Assembly (NCBI GenBank): GCA_039030515.1
Contig: JBCCEA010000002.1
Location: 163,036 to 227,035, forward strand
Direction: 5' to 3'
DNA from: Myxococcota bacterium
GTDB taxonomy: Bacteria > Myxococcota_A > Polyangia > Polyangiales > Houyiibacteriaceae
DNA: 64,000 nt
The position numbers and the translations under genes were made by a program. Within the stretch, counting starts at the first letter, position 1, and the number at the start of each line of letters is the position of its first letter. The notes beneath the pieces were generated by a model. That model was given only the letters and a program-made list of their open reading frames with translations. It did no database searches and was not told the DNA's origin. Below, one piece after another: positions 10,776 through 21,286 of the stretch.

Positions 10776-11159
10776 CTAAGGAGCGTCTACGAAGAGGGGG
10801 AACTCGACCCTGAAGCAACTGTTCGGAAATACCGAATAGTTCGAACCGAATGAAATCGTTTGGTTTCTCGCCTTATCGACCACTACAGCCTGCCTGCGAT
10901 TCTAGCCGTGGGGTACCGGTTGCGCTCAGACCAAGGCACCCGTTTTCGGCAGTGGGCGACAGCACGCCTAGACGAGTTCTTGGTCAAAGGCTTTTTGCTC
11001 GACGACAAACGTCTCAAGTCCGGCGAGAACCTTGGCGAGGACTACTTCGACGAACTTCTTGAACGCATCCGTGACATCCGCAAAGCAGACATCGCGGTGG
11101 CGAAGAACTACCTGAGCAAAGAAGAACTCAGTGAGTTGACTCGAAGGCGCACTCATTGA
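10776..11159 (+). pseudogene. RhuM-family (virulence RhuM) pseudogene
   Basis: VYEEGELDPEATVRKYRIVRTE*NR..HYSLPAILAVGYRLRS..FRQWAT..DYFDELLERIRDIR fused directly to KADIAVAKNYL. Has an in-frame stop at 10851, an internal deletion and no start. Confidence 0.8.
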
Positions 11160-12688
11160 CGCCTCCAAAAACCAGGCATAAACAGGGCCGTAAGCGTGAA
11201 GAACTCAAGACGACCGAGGATCATGACAAAAGAGAAAAAGAGCTTCGATAGCTTGGAATAGCCGGCAAAATTATCTTCCATACCGGCGAGCTCGTGAAAC
11301 GGAGCCGGTCCCATATTCGACAAACAGCTGAGCAGAGCGCCAAACGCTGCCGGCAGTGGAACGGTGTTTCCTTCAAAAGCCGGCACGAGAAACAGACCGA
11401 GGACGAGAGAAGAGACGAAGAGCACGCCAAAGGCACTGACGTCCGCGACCACCTCGGGATCGATCACCTGTTTGCCGAGCCGAATCAAGCGGACCACCGT
11501 CGGCCGATAGGTCTTACTTATCTGAGCGCCAGCCTGTTTGGCCAAAATGATCGTTCTTTCGATCTTAAATCCACCCGCAGTGGACCCCGAGCAGCCGCCG
11601 ACGATCATCAGTAAAATCACGCAGGCAAGCCCAAAAGCCGGATACTGCGCATAGTCGTCCGTAGCGAATCCCGTTGAAGAAACCGTCGTCGCCACCATGA
11701 AGAATGCGTGTCGAAAACTGGTTTCGAGCGATCGATCTCCGGCGGAGATGACGACTACAAAGAGCGCCAGAGTAAAAATCAACACACCAGAAGCAAATAC
11801 GCGAAACTCCAAAGACCGAGCGAAGTGGCGCAGTGTCCGCTGCCGCAATGCTAGGTAGTAGAGATTGTAGTTAACCGTGCCGATGAGCATGAAGAGCGCA
11901 ATCGCATATTGCACGGAAGCATCAAAATGACCGATCGACTCCGAATGGGTGGAAAACCCGCCTGTCGACATCGTCGTCAACGCATGGCAGACGGCGTCGA
12001 AAAGCGAGACGCCAAGCAGACAGAGCAGCAGCACCTCTAGCGAGGTCAGCAACAAGTAAATGCGCCAGAGCGCCCCTGCGGTTTCAGCGATCCGCGGACG
12101 CAACCCCTCGGAAACCGCTCCGGGAACTTCTCCCTTGAACATCTGTTTTGCCGAAACACCCATATTGGGAAAGATCGCGACAAAGAGGACGACGATACCC
12201 ATGCCGCCGAGCCACTGCAGAAACGAGCGCCATAGGAGGATCGGTCGACTGAGGCCTTCAAGGTCGACAATGACGGTGGCGCCCGTGGTCGTTAGCCCGC
12301 TCACCGATTCAAAAACCGCGTCGACAAGCGACATCTCGGCCCCAAACACAAACGGTAGCGAACCGCAAAAACCCGTCATCGTCCAAACGAGACCGACCGA
12401 AAGGATGGCCTCACGACGCGTCAACTTCAGGCGGGCATGGCGCCGTCCAAAAGCCACCCCGAACAGACCCAGGCCGAGCGTCAGAGCCGAGGCGAAAAAC
12501 AGGCCGCCGGCGCCGCCAAGTCCGGGTCTCAGATAGGCTCCTTCAAAAGCGGCTCCGAACAAGCCGCACAGTCCGATAGAGGCACCGAACCCGACGAGAA
12601 CCACCCCGACGGGTCGCAATACAGCCCGAAAGTCGCGCACGGCTCCTTTGTGTCGGACAGCCCGCGAACGCGACGCACGCGCAGTCAT
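11153..12688 (-). CDS. trkH: Trk potassium uptake membrane protein
   Basis: FESVSGLTTTGAT, QWLGGMGI, TMSTGGFS, GGCSGSTAGGFK and GRLE motifs. Start placed at ATG 12688 (ATGA overlap). Confidence 0.93.
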   Translation of the reverse strand: MTARASRSRAVRHKGAVRDFRAVLRPVGVVLVGFGASIGLCGLFGAAFEGAYLRPGLGGAGGLFFASALTLGLGLFGVAFGRRHARLKLTRREAILSVGLVWTMTGFCGSLPFVFGAEMSLVDAVFESVSGLTTTGATVIVDLEGLSRPILLWRSFLQWLGGMGIVVLFVAIFPNMGVSAKQMFKGEVPGAVSEGLRPRIAETAGALWRIYLLLTSLEVLLLCLLGVSLFDAVCHALTTMSTGGFSTHSESIGHFDASVQYAIALFMLIGTVNYNLYYLALRQRTLRHFARSLEFRVFASGVLIFTLALFVVVISAGDRSLETSFRHAFFMVATTVSSTGFATDDYAQYPAFGLACVILLMIVGGCSGSTAGGFKIERTIILAKQAGAQISKTYRPTVVRLIRLGKQVIDPEVVADVSAFGVLFVSSLVLGLFLVPAFEGNTVPLPAAFGALLSCLSNMGPAPFHELAGMEDNFAGYSKLSKLFFSFVMILGRLEFFTLTALFMPGFWRRQ

Positions 12689-12848
12689 CTGCCACCGCGC
12701 GAGGGCATCCGAAACAAACGCTGCACCGCAGGACGCCCAGTCATCTGCCACCGCGCGAGGGCACCCGAAACAAACGCTGCACCGCAGGACGCCCAGTCAT
12801 CTGCCACCGCGCGAGGGCACCCGAAATAAACGCTGCACCGCAGGACGC
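12682..12848. repeat. Three tandem 56-bp repeats at the trkA/trkH junction
   Basis: Units start at 12682, 12738 and 12794 (CAGTCATCTGCCACCGCGCGAGGGCA..GCAGGACGCC). Confidence 0.95.
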
Positions 12849-14149
12849 GCCTGCCGGGTCGTCATGACGATCACGTGATCACCGGCCCGCACTTCGTCCT
12901 CACCCCGGGGGATCACCACCTCGTCGCCGCGTACGATGGCCGCCACCAGCGCACCACGCGGCACATCGAGACGACGCAGGGGCATCCCGGTCGCGGCGCA
13001 ATCTGGAGGCACGTGCAGCTCCACCACCTCGGCCTGCCCGTCTTCGAGCACGTGTAAACTGTGGAGCGAGTCGATTCGCGCGTAGCGCAGCACATGGTCG
13101 GAAGCCACGGTCCGCGGCGACAAAACGATGTCGACACCGAGCTGGCGGTAGATCGGCAGATAGTTGGCGCGCTGAACCACGGCGGCCGTCCGCTGAACCC
13201 CAAGGCGCTTTGCCAAAAGTGCGGCCATCAAATTGACCTCGTCAGCCGCCGTGACCGCAGCAAAGAGATCAAATGTCTCCACCTCTTCTTCTTCGAGAAG
13301 CGCGCCATCCGTTCCATCGCCGTGTACGACCGTGACCGGGCGGAGGTCGGCAGATAGATGTTCCGCCACCTCGCGATTTTGTTCGAATACGGTCACCTGC
13401 ACCCCTTGATCCACGAGGCTTGCTGCCATCGCCCGACCGATCACCCCTCCGCCAACAATGCAAACGCGCCCAGCTTCTCTCCTCGAAGAAAAGAGGTCCT
13501 CCGCCTCGACCACGTCATCGGAGTGGCCGATGAGGTAGATGCGGTCACCCTGAGCGAGGACATCCGCCCCTCCCGGCACGAACACTTCCGAGGCGCGCAC
13601 GATCGCCGCAATGAGTGTTTTGCGGGGCAGATCGAGCGTCGACAGCGGTTTCCCGAGGCCTCGAGTGCGCTCGTGGAGGTCCATTTGGACGAGCTCGACC
13701 CGGCTTTGCGCCAGATCCACGACCTCGCAAGCGCCGTGGGAACGCGCGACTCGGGCAAGCTCTTGGGCGACGAGCACCCTGGGATTGATCACCACATCGA
13801 CGCCCAGGAGCCCGTATCGAACTCCGGCCGCCCGCTCGGCCCAGTGGGCTCCCTGAGCCCGCGCGATCACCCGGCGTGCGCCCAACTGCTTGGCCGCCAG
13901 CGCAGCGATCAGATTGACCTCATCGTTGTCGGTCACCGCAACCACGAGTTCCGCCCGATCCACGCCCGCCTTTGAGAGCAGGTCGTGACTGGCGCCGTAG
14001 CCGTGAAGCGTCATCACGTCGAAGTGGTCTTCCGCGTATTGAACCGCGGCGGAGGACGCATCGATCGCGACGACATCGTGACCTTCCCGGTCGAATTCTG
14101 CGAGGAGATGCTTGCCCACTTCCCCGAGCCCGATCACGACGATGTACAT
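12797..14149 (-). CDS. trkA: Trk system NAD-binding regulatory subunit
   Basis: Two RCK-N (GLGEVG, GGGVIG) plus RCK-C domains. Confidence 0.93.
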   Translation of the reverse strand: MYIVVIGLGEVGKHLLAEFDREGHDVVAIDASSAAVQYAEDHFDVMTLHGYGASHDLLSKAGVDRAELVVAVTDNDEVNLIAALAAKQLGARRVIARAQGAHWAERAAGVRYGLLGVDVVINPRVLVAQELARVARSHGACEVVDLAQSRVELVQMDLHERTRGLGKPLSTLDLPRKTLIAAIVRASEVFVPGGADVLAQGDRIYLIGHSDDVVEAEDLFSSRREAGRVCIVGGGVIGRAMAASLVDQGVQVTVFEQNREVAEHLSADLRPVTVVHGDGTDGALLEEEEVETFDLFAAVTAADEVNLMAALLAKRLGVQRTAAVVQRANYLPIYRQLGVDIVLSPRTVASDHVLRYARIDSLHSLHVLEDGQAEVVELHVPPDCAATGMPLRRLDVPRGALVAAIVRGDEVVIPRGEDEVRAGDHVIVMTTRQARPAVQRLFRVPSRGGR

Positions 14150-14235
14150 CAGGCGCTCTGCTCCTCCCGCCACACTTCACCCACGTCGACGAGATACGCG
14201 CGAGGCAGGTAAGGAGCGAATACCCGGTCAAACAC

Positions 14236-14279
14236 GACCGAGAAACACCGACCGGCCAGACCGAGAAACACCGACCGGC
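14236..14279. repeat. Tandem duplication with 23-bp period upstream of trkA
   Basis: GACCGAGAAACACCGACCGGC at 14236 and 14259. Confidence 0.85.
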
Positions 14280-14617
14280 AAGGTGATAGGGGTGGCTCGA
14301 TCGCAGCAGCAACTTCGATTGCAGCAGCCACGGAGTATTTCACGGCACTGCAGGTTATCGGTGTGTGCGGGCCACGCATGATATCGAGCGGATAGGCTCT
14401 ATAGCATTGGGCAGTATCGCTTCTGTAAAGGAGTTTACTTTTTGCAGAGATCGCTGACGAACCATGTTGCCTAGCGCGGTGATCGTCCGGGTCCTCATCG
14501 ATTCTCTACACTTGACGCATTGCGTTGCTCAGGGACCGATCGCGGGTGGGTTGACACCCCAGACCCCCCCCTCTACGTTGGTCAATACCCCCTGTTTTCA
14601 CACGGACTTCATCGATT

Positions 14618-15574
14618 ATGACGTTGCCCAACCGCAAGCCGGAATGGCTCCGAATCCGGCTGCCTGGCGGAACAAGCCAGCAGCGCATTCGTGAACTCGA
14701 GCAGCTGCTCAGCGACAGTGACTTGCAAACCGTGTGCAAAGAGGCTCGCTGTCCGAATATTTTTGAATGCTGGAGTGCGGGCACGGCCACGATCATGATT
14801 CTGGGAGAAACCTGCACTCGAGCGTGTCGGTTCTGCGCGGTTCGGACAGGTCAACCCGGCGGAATCGTGGATCCACGAGAACCGGAACACACCGCCCGAG
14901 CGCTTGCAAAGATGGATCTGGCCTACGTCGTGATCACGATGGTCGACCGGGACGACATCCCCGATGGTGGCGCAGCCCACGTCGCTCAGACGGTTCGCAG
15001 GGTTAAGGAGCACAGCCCAAACCTCTTGCTGGAAACCCTGGTAGGCGACTTTCAAGGCATGCGGCAAGACGTCGATACGGTGGTGATCGACGGGAGACCG
15101 GATGTGTTCGCCCATAACGTGGAGGTCGTACCGAGTCTGCAACGCTCCATTCGAGATGCCCGATGCAGCTGGCAGAGGTCGATCGATGTGCTTCGCTGGG
15201 CGAAAGAGGCGGGTGACGGCGAGCGCATCGTCACGAAGTCTTCCCTCATGGTGGGCATTGGCGAGGAAGAGCCGGAAATCCTAGCGGCGATGGAAGGTTT
15301 GCGCGAGGTCGGGGTTGATGTCTTGACGATCGGGCAATATCTGCAGCCGACAAAGAAGCACGCGCCGGTCGTACGCTACGTCACTCCCGCAGAATTTGAA
15401 CACTATCGCGAAAAGGGTCTTGCCATGGGATTTCAGTACGTCGCCTCGGGCCCTCTTGTCCGCTCCAGCTACAAGGCTGCTGAAGCATTCTTGAGCGGTG
15501 TTCTTCGAGAGTCTGGGGAGATGAAACGCAGCGATTCTTACGGTCGCAAAAAACACTTGAGGGTGGTGGAGTGA
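14618..15574 (+). CDS. lipA: Lipoyl synthase
   Basis: CKEARCPNIFEC, CTRACRFC and RSSY motifs. Confidence 0.97.
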   Translation: MTLPNRKPEWLRIRLPGGTSQQRIRELEQLLSDSDLQTVCKEARCPNIFECWSAGTATIMILGETCTRACRFCAVRTGQPGGIVDPREPEHTARALAKMDLAYVVITMVDRDDIPDGGAAHVAQTVRRVKEHSPNLLLETLVGDFQGMRQDVDTVVIDGRPDVFAHNVEVVPSLQRSIRDARCSWQRSIDVLRWAKEAGDGERIVTKSSLMVGIGEEEPEILAAMEGLREVGVDVLTIGQYLQPTKKHAPVVRYVTPAEFEHYREKGLAMGFQYVASGPLVRSSYKAAEAFLSGVLRESGEMKRSDSYGRKKHLRVVE

Positions 15575-16713
15575 TGCAGGCAGAGAAGCAAGTCGTCCCG
15601 ATATGCACCCCTGACTCAGCCTACGCGGAGGACGTCTTTACGGTCATTCAAGAAGACGGATCGACCGACGCCGCAAAGGATCCCAAGCTCACGGACGAGA
15701 CGGTCGTCGAGCTCTATCAAGCGATGGTACGAACCCGCGCCATCGACCTAAGACTTGAAAAACTTCAGCGTCAGGGGCGGGTTGGATTTCACGTAGGCTC
15801 CCTCGGCGAAGAAGCCTGCATCCTCGCATCCGCGGCCGCCCTCAGGCCAACCGACTGGATATTTCCCTGCTACCGGGAGTTTGGTGCGCTCCTCTATCGG
15901 GGTTTTCCGCTTCAGGCCTACCTGGACAACATGTACGGCAACGCGGTCGATCAGGTGCAGGGTCGCCAAATGCCCGACCACTATACCGGCAAGGCGTACC
16001 ACTTCGGTTCGGTCAGCTCTCCCATAGGCACCCAGCTCACCCAGGCGGTGGGCTTTGCCTGGGCAGCCAAACTGAAAGCTCAAGACGTGGTCACCGGGGT
16101 CTACTTTGGAGACGGCGCCACGAGCTCGAGCGAGTTCCACTGCGCGATGAATTTCGCGGGCGTGTTCAAGATTCCCACCGTCTTTCTGTGCCGAAACAAC
16201 CGATGGGCGATCAGCGTGCCCGCGGAGCGGCAAACGGCTTCCAAAGACTTCGCGTCGAAGGCGGAAGCCTACGGGATGCCGGGCGTTCGCTGCGACGGCA
16301 ACGATGCGCTTGCGACCTACCGCACGGTGCGAGAAGCGGTAGAGCGGGCAGCGAGGGGAGAAGGCCCGACGCTGATCGAGCTTGTCACCTATCGCATGGG
16401 GGGACATTCCACCTCCGACGATCCCCGGGCCTACCGCGTCGATCAAGAAGTAGAGGGCTGGCAGCAGAGCGATCCGATCCTCCGACTTCGAACGCATCTG
16501 GTCCATAGGGGGCTCTGGGACGATGCGCAGGAGGAGACATGGCAAAGCCAGATCGAAACAGAACTCAAGTCCTGCATCGAACAAGCAGAAGCGCGCCCCA
16601 AGCCCCCCATCGCTTCATTGTTTCACGACGTTCTTGAACGACAGCCGTGGCACTTGAAAGAACAGCAAGAAGCGTGTGAGGCCGGACCTCGCCCAGAAGC
16701 CAATCACGGTTGA
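15571..16713 (+). CDS. 2-oxoacid dehydrogenase E1 alpha (pyruvate or branched-chain type)
   Basis: LQRQGR, YRE, RQMPDHY, GDGATS..NN and HSTSDDP motifs. Confidence 0.93.
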   Translation: MMQAEKQVVPICTPDSAYAEDVFTVIQEDGSTDAAKDPKLTDETVVELYQAMVRTRAIDLRLEKLQRQGRVGFHVGSLGEEACILASAAALRPTDWIFPCYREFGALLYRGFPLQAYLDNMYGNAVDQVQGRQMPDHYTGKAYHFGSVSSPIGTQLTQAVGFAWAAKLKAQDVVTGVYFGDGATSSSEFHCAMNFAGVFKIPTVFLCRNNRWAISVPAERQTASKDFASKAEAYGMPGVRCDGNDALATYRTVREAVERAARGEGPTLIELVTYRMGGHSTSDDPRAYRVDQEVEGWQQSDPILRLRTHLVHRGLWDDAQEETWQSQIETELKSCIEQAEARPKPPIASLFHDVLERQPWHLKEQQEACEAGPRPEANHG

Positions 16714-16791
16714 TCGAGACCGCACGGTGGGCAGCAACCAATCACGGTGGACCGAGACAGGGGTCCCAACCCAAACATTCAGGAGATGACC

Positions 16792-17769
16792 ATGGGCCAA
16801 ATGAATATGGTGCAGGCCATAAACAGCTGCCTACGTTCCGAAATGACGCGTAATGAAGACGTAATCGTACTCGGCGAAGACGTCGGCAAGGTCGGGGGAG
16901 TCTTTCGGGTGACCCAGGGCCTCTACGAGGAGTTTGGTGAAGATCGGGTGATCGACACGCCTCTTGCAGAGGGCGGCATCGTGGGAGCCGCGATCGGGAT
17001 GGCGCTTTATGGGCTTCGTCCGGTTCCAGAAATTCAGTTTGCGGACTTCATCTATCCGGCCTTCGACCAGCTGGTGAGCGAAGCGGCCAAGTACCGATAT
17101 CGCTCCGGCGGGGAATACACCGTTCCCATGGTCGTCCGAACCCCAGTCGGCGGAGGCATCCGCGGGGGCCACTACCACAGTCAGTCACCGGAATCGCTCT
17201 TCATACATACAGCAGGCCTCAAGGTCGTCTGCCCGAGCAATCCATTCGATGCCAAGGGACTGCTAGCGGCCGCGATACGAGATGACGATCCCGTCCTGTT
17301 CTTCGAGCCAAAGCGAGTCTATCGAGCCGTGAAGATGGAGGTACCGTCCTCCGACTACACCGTCCCTATCGGCCAGGCCAAGGTCGTGCGCGCGGGCACC
17401 GATGTCACGGTGGTCGCGTGGGGAGCGATGCTATTTGAGGCGCTGGCTGCCGCAGACGAAGCGCAAGCACAGGGAGAGGTCTCCTCGGAGGTCATCGATC
17501 TGCGAACGCTCTGGCCCATCGACATCGACACCATCGTGGAAAGCGTGAAAAAGACCGGGCGACTGGTCGTCGTGCACGAAGCGCCAAAAGCCTGCGGATT
17601 TGGGGCGGAGATCATTCAGCTGGTCACAGAAAAGGCATTTCTGCACTTTGAGGCGCCACCCGTGCGCGTGACGGGATGGGATACGCCCTTCCCCTACACT
17701 CTCGAAAACGAGTACCTACCTCTCAAACACCGCATCGTCCCGGCCCTAATTGAAACGGCGAGGTTTTGA
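16792..17769 (+). CDS. 2-oxoacid dehydrogenase E1 beta
   Basis: GEDVGKVGGVFRVT, DTPLAE, EIQFADF and HSQSPE motifs; AGGAG SD before 16792. Confidence 0.93.
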   Translation: MGQMNMVQAINSCLRSEMTRNEDVIVLGEDVGKVGGVFRVTQGLYEEFGEDRVIDTPLAEGGIVGAAIGMALYGLRPVPEIQFADFIYPAFDQLVSEAAKYRYRSGGEYTVPMVVRTPVGGGIRGGHYHSQSPESLFIHTAGLKVVCPSNPFDAKGLLAAAIRDDDPVLFFEPKRVYRAVKMEVPSSDYTVPIGQAKVVRAGTDVTVVAWGAMLFEALAAADEAQAQGEVSSEVIDLRTLWPIDIDTIVESVKKTGRLVVVHEAPKACGFGAEIIQLVTEKAFLHFEAPPVRVTGWDTPFPYTLENEYLPLKHRIVPALIETARF

Positions 17770-17772
17770 ATC

Positions 17773-19230
17773 ATGCCCATCTTTGAATTCCGTCTTCCGG
17801 ATATCGGCGAAGGAGTCGCTGAGGGGGAAATCGTTCAATGGAACGTCTCGGTGGGAGACGTCGTAAACGAAGACGACCCGATGGTCGAAGTGATGACCGA
17901 TAAGGCCACCGTGAACATCGGAGCCCCAAAGGCGGGTAGAATCCAAGAGCTTCGCTTCGGCGTAGGTGAAGTCGCCCAAGTTGGACAGGTGATCGTAGTC
18001 ATCGCGCTTGAGGCCTCGACTGCTGAGGGAGCATCTGCCGCGCAGAATCCGCCCACCAAAGCCGAAGAGCCGAGGGCGCAAGAATCTGCGGATGACGAGG
18101 GACCCGCGGCGACCGCAGTCGGCGACATCCGCGAAGGGCTGCCCGGTTCTCAGTATTTTTCCGGAGCGCAGGACGCTTTGGGTGCGTCAGGCGGGGCACT
18201 AGCCTCGGCACCAAGCCATCCCGTGTACGTACAAAGCGTTCCTCTAGCGACTCCAGCCACCCGAAGATTGGCTCGCAACCTCGGGATCGAGCTCCGATGC
18301 GTGACCCCCAGCGGTCCGGGTGGTCGCACCACCAAGAGCGACGTCTATCGATACCGAGAAGCATTTCTGGAATCTACTGCAGGCGAGTCCGCTACCGCAG
18401 AAACAAGAGCCGTTTTCGCCAGTGGAACCGAACGCACCCGCGAAACAGACGGTCATGTTTCAGGCTCATACCCTGCTGCACCATCGCGTGACGCTGCATC
18501 GGGTCAGTTCCCGCATGCAGCGGGCAGCGCTCGGGAAGTGCGCAAGCCGTTCGTGGGACTCCGCAGAAAAATCGCCGATCGAATGCAACATTCGAAGAAC
18601 ACGGCTGCACACTTCACCTTCGTCGAGGAGTGCCACGTAGACCGATTGGTTGAACTACGCCAAAGGCTCCGGCCCGCGGCGGAAAAAGAGGGAGTTCGGC
18701 TCAACTACCTGCCCTTCATCGCCAAAGCGGTCTGCATTTCCCTCAAGCGGCATCCGATCCTCAATGCGCGTCTCGATGAGACTTTAGGCGAGTTGGTGCT
18801 GCCCGACTACGTGCACCTCGGAATCGCCACCGCAACCCAAAACGGCCTCATCGTGCCGGTGATTCGTGAAGCGCAGTCGATGAGCATTATCGAACTGGCT
18901 AAGGAGATCGAGCAGCGTTCCGAACGAGCGCGTTCTGGGGGTCTTCGTCCTGAGGAGCTCACTGGATCGACCTTCACGCTCACCAGCCTTGGGAAACAAG
19001 GTGGACTTTTCGCCACTCCCGTACTGAACTTTCCGGAAGTTGGTATTCTCGGAATCCATCAGTTGAAGCAACGGCCGGTCGTGCGTGATGGCGAAATCGT
19101 CGTCGGGCAGGTGATGCTGCTCTCGCTCTCTTTAGACCACCGCATTGTCGACGGACACGTCGGTGCCGCGTTCGCTTATGACCTGATCAAACTGCTCGAA
19201 GAACCCGAGCGCATGTACTTGGCCCTGTAG
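17773..19230 (+). CDS. Dihydrolipoamide acyltransferase E2
   Basis: Lipoyl domain (TDKA), E3-binding ATPATRRLAR and catalytic DHRIVDG. Confidence 0.95.
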   Translation: MPIFEFRLPDIGEGVAEGEIVQWNVSVGDVVNEDDPMVEVMTDKATVNIGAPKAGRIQELRFGVGEVAQVGQVIVVIALEASTAEGASAAQNPPTKAEEPRAQESADDEGPAATAVGDIREGLPGSQYFSGAQDALGASGGALASAPSHPVYVQSVPLATPATRRLARNLGIELRCVTPSGPGGRTTKSDVYRYREAFLESTAGESATAETRAVFASGTERTRETDGHVSGSYPAAPSRDAASGQFPHAAGSAREVRKPFVGLRRKIADRMQHSKNTAAHFTFVEECHVDRLVELRQRLRPAAEKEGVRLNYLPFIAKAVCISLKRHPILNARLDETLGELVLPDYVHLGIATATQNGLIVPVIREAQSMSIIELAKEIEQRSERARSGGLRPEELTGSTFTLTSLGKQGGLFATPVLNFPEVGILGIHQLKQRPVVRDGEIVVGQVMLLSLSLDHRIVDGHVGAAFAYDLIKLLEEPERMYLAL

Positions 19231-19358
19231 CGATTTAGTATAGCGACTAAAGATGCGCGAAACCGGCAGCTATCGAGCGACGCAAACAAAACAGAGGTCC
19301 GTAAGAGATAGCGCTTACTCCAGTCAAAGAGCGCGGACGTGGGCTCGGTCGCGAAGTT

Positions 19359-21068
19359 TCACTTTAGAGTTAACCGGCAGCGCGTCATCTTCAGTCCGCC
19401 CCTCATCCAAAAGTCTACTTGGTAGGTGGCCGAGTGACGTGTCTTGTGATGACCCATCCCAAAGACGACCAGTTTCCGGACGGACAGCCCTCCACGAAAC
19501 TCGGTCGTTTGATAAAAAAACAGGGTGAAGCGACCGGGTGTCGTTCGATGATAGACAGCGGCGGATGCAGGAATTTCTTTTTGTACCTCCGGCGGTAGTG
19601 TTGAGCGGTCCGTACGTCTGGCCTTCTCTACTCGGCTGACATGGTGATTCATCGCGTCTTTGGTCTTCAACGCAGCATAAATCCTTGCGCAGACTTGCCA
19701 GAAACCATCTAATTCATTACCCCAAGAGACCTCGCACTGCATGGCTGCGGCAGTCCGTGACGCAGAGCTGCCGGATTCTGGCAAGGGTACGACACGCCGC
19801 CGAGGTGGTGGTGCTTGCTTCGGCCTTAAGTCGTTCTTCTTAGCTCGAGTCGTCGGTGCACGCGCTGGACTGATTGAGTTGAGGAACTTCGGGTCAGAGA
19901 TGTGTGTGGTTGCTGCCTCCACCATCTTTGGATCGTAGTCGCCGCGTCGGACCGCAGAAAACGCATTTGCGCTGCATGACCACGCCACAATGCCTGAATT
20001 CTAGTCGCTGCGTTGGGTCGGTAGTTTTGTTTTGCTTCTTGCGAAAGACGCGCTCGATGTTTGTCGAGCTCAGGCAGCACTGTCGCCCGGGCTGTGCGAC
20101 CACGATACCGGGTCTGAATTGCGGTGACGGCCTCGATACGCCCTTTTAATTTGGACTCCAAAAGCGTTAGGTCACTCGATACTTGGTAGAGATCATTATT
20201 GCATGTCTCTAAATCTTTGATCAGAACTTGAACCGATTCATATCTTTTATCGAAGTGTCCGGCTACTGCATCTATGGGTTGATGTGAAATATCATTTTTG
20301 CACTCGCAACGGTCTAGCACAGTGTTCCACACCTTCACCAAGGCACAGAAAAGATTTTCGATAATGAACAATTCTTGGTTCAGGGTATTCTTCCATTGCA
20401 TCGCCATCTCAGAGATACTTTCAATAACATCCTTGGCATCAGAATCTAAATCGAAATTAATTCGTGATCGCAACAAACCAACTCTAGTTTCTATTAATTC
20501 TATAAACTCCAAGTTCGAAAAGTCTGCCAAAAGAAGCTCTTCAAGAGCTATTTGACATCGACGAAAGGAAACCTCGATCGCGAGAATTTTATTTTTTAAG
20601 GAGTCAGTGATTTTGCTGCTTTCATAATTACACATATATAGCCAGAGCCTAAAGCAACAACCTTGAGCCGATATCAACTCCTCGATATCTACTTCCCAAC
20701 CATCATTCCATTGTTTGACTGCAAAATTAAATCGTTTGATAGCCTCTACAATCTGATTGTGCAGAGAACCCGCGCTCCCAGCGGGCGGTCCTTTGTCTAG
20801 GATCTTGGATATCGAATCACTAACGCATCTCAAGTAATAGTCACACGTGGCAAGAACCAGCCCACTCCAATTTCGTCTAGCCAAGCAATACGCTTGAAAT
20901 AAATGGAATTCTTGAAAAGAGCAGCATTTATCCTGGGGGGTATCGGGTAGATCTATCGGTCGCGCTCGGGAAGCGATCTGGGCTTGAGCCTTGAGCAAAG
21001 ACTGGCCAAGTGGTGTCTTCCGGAACTTGACTGGACGCTGGCCTCGAGGTTCCTTTTTTTTTAGGCAA
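19359..21068 (-). pseudogene. IQ-motif orphan paralog A (frameshifted)
   Basis: ORFs 19826-21145 and 19359-19988 together align with paralogs B and C. Has a 1-nt deletion near 19893, and the homologous TTG start at 21068 is put out of frame by an A9 tract. Confidence 0.75.
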
Positions 21069-21286
21069 GACTTAAGGCTAGCACGCCCAAACACGGGGCG
21101 CTGTCTGATGAAGTCTCTCCGTGTGATGGAACCTCGGGCAACCAAAAATCGGATTCACGAATAACACGCTCACCATATGATTTTGTATACACTTAGATGT
21201 GCTGCGAAACAAAATAGGAGGCTATAAAAACAGTGCCTACGCCAGCCAAAGAGCATTGGTGTTGATATAGGCATGGTAGCGAGATT

